This document shows positions 62,571 through 64,000 of a stretch of DNA of 64,000 bases, in pieces; the stretch's first letter is position 1, and every line of letters begins with the position of its first letter. The stretch lies in assembly GCA_951406725.2 (NCBI GenBank), contig OX597821.1:113212001-113276000 (forward strand), read 5' to 3'. The position numbers and the translations under genes are program-made. The notes beneath the pieces are model-generated. The model saw only the letters and a list, made by a program, of their open reading frames with translations, was not told the DNA's origin and made no database searches. This stretch comes from Octopus vulgaris. Its lineage: Eukaryota.

Positions 62571-63689
62571 ATCTGCGGTAAAGAATATCAAGAGTCAGTG
62601 CTTTCTCGCAGATAGGTGAAGCTCTGCTCTCATAGAAACGGCCGTAGCGATTGAAAACAAGTGGCAGGACAATTTGTTATCTATATGATACTAAAGTTCT
62701 GTGCTAGCGTGCTTGCTTGCGTACTTGTCTGTAATTTAATACAGCCAAACCGGCACATAATGGGGAAAATACTCTGATAGTAAGGTGCCCCTAAAATGTG
62801 AATACACAGAATAAAACATGTTTCACGTAAATCGTACCACGGGTTCCCGAGATACGCGGGTTTTTCGGGTACCTTGAACTTATTGGTGACCCAACGGTTC
62901 ACGAGTAGTCTAGTGTGTCATAAAATTAAGATGGTTACCAACATTTTAAATTGATTTGTTACCATGATGGCAAAGACAGATGAATTATTTTGGTTTAAAT
63001 TCTATTTTGCCTTCTCCCTAATAAAGAGGGGAAAGGGCAAATAAAGAGCTTGGGATTTGTCAATCGGAGGGTCACCGAGTTACATGGCCTGAGTCACATG
63101 TTTTTGCGGCTATTTTATTGGAGTGACGGACCTTTGTTGTTTCACTCGGCATGCTGACCTCCATATCACGAGAAATGAATTTGTAAATCTTACTATTTAG
63201 CTTGAATTGTAATGGTTGATATTGGTTTCAGATGTTGGCACAAGGCCAGGAATTTCGGGGGAAGGGGTCAAGTCTATTACATCGACCACAGTGCTCAAAT
63301 AGTTGCTATTTTATCGATCCCGGAAGGATGAAAGGCAAGGTCAACCTCGGTGTAATTTAAACTCAGAACGTAAAAACGGACAAAATGTCGCATAGCATTA
63401 CTGCTCGCCGTACTAACGGTTCTACTAACTCGCCATCCTTGTTATAAGTTAATATTAATCTTACTGGAAGTGTAACATACGTGTTGATAACAAATAAGCT
63501 GAACAGCAAAATAAAGTCTTGTCAACGAATGTTGCGCATCAGAGAAAGAAATGCAGAAGACTTCTTTTTTTTGTAAGGGAAGCATTTGTCATCATCGCTT
63601 GTTAAATTAGTCGGACAGTTTGTTTTGGTGTCAGTCATGAGAGAAAAGAATGCCACCACATCCTATGGCCAGCAAAATGTAGATTATTT

Positions 63690-63892
63690 CAGTGGTTCTC
63701 AATCTTTTTAATATCGGGAACAGATTAAAAAACTGGATTTTTTTAGGGGCCGCATCCAAAAAATGTAAAACATAAGTCAATTAAAGAAAAAAATTGTTAT
63801 ATTTCAAGATGGAAGACTCGGTGGGGTGCTGGTCAGTGGATGGATGATTGAGGGCCGCATGTGGCCCTGGGAGTCGCGGTTGAGAACCGTTG
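63690..63892. mobile_element. hAT-like MITE
   Basis: CAGTGGTTCTCAA..TTGAGAACCGTTG, internal GGGCCGCA motifs, degenerate 8-bp TSD. Confidence 0.6.
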
Positions 63893-64000
63893 ATCTATTT
63901 GCTAACTTTGTCCGTCCATGATAGGCTGCTGGTTTTGCTTTCGTTTTGAAAACCAAAGTGGGCCGTGAGACTAAAATGGGTAAGAAATACTGATGCAAGA

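Overview
AT-rich, repeat-dense eukaryotic DNA. The SINE/microsatellite content looks like an octopus (coleoid cephalopod) genome; this is an inference. Two convergent spliced genes can be reconstructed with all splice phases closing. (1) On +, the last 15 coding exons (533 aa, MyTH4-FERM tail) of a myosin VIIa orthologue, 361..19137, including a U12-type AT-AC intron at 3088..4034. (2) On -, a complete 13-exon PEX3 (380 aa), 55150..29154. The rest is SINEs (at least 4 families), LINE remnants (RTE, CR1-like, REL-type), mariner/hAT MITEs and microsatellites. The most notable non-genic signals are about 10 minimal type-I hammerhead-ribozyme motifs on several Penelope-like repeat families, partly clustered in a (TA)n nest upstream of PEX3; a TIR element containing (CCCTAA)3 and flanked by a 44-bp direct repeat; a 94-bp duplication around a SINE; several long fold-back palindromes; and a possible in-frame hydrophobic cassette exon in PEX3. 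Most ORFs in the supplied track are spurious repeat translations. All calls are by eye, with no database search.
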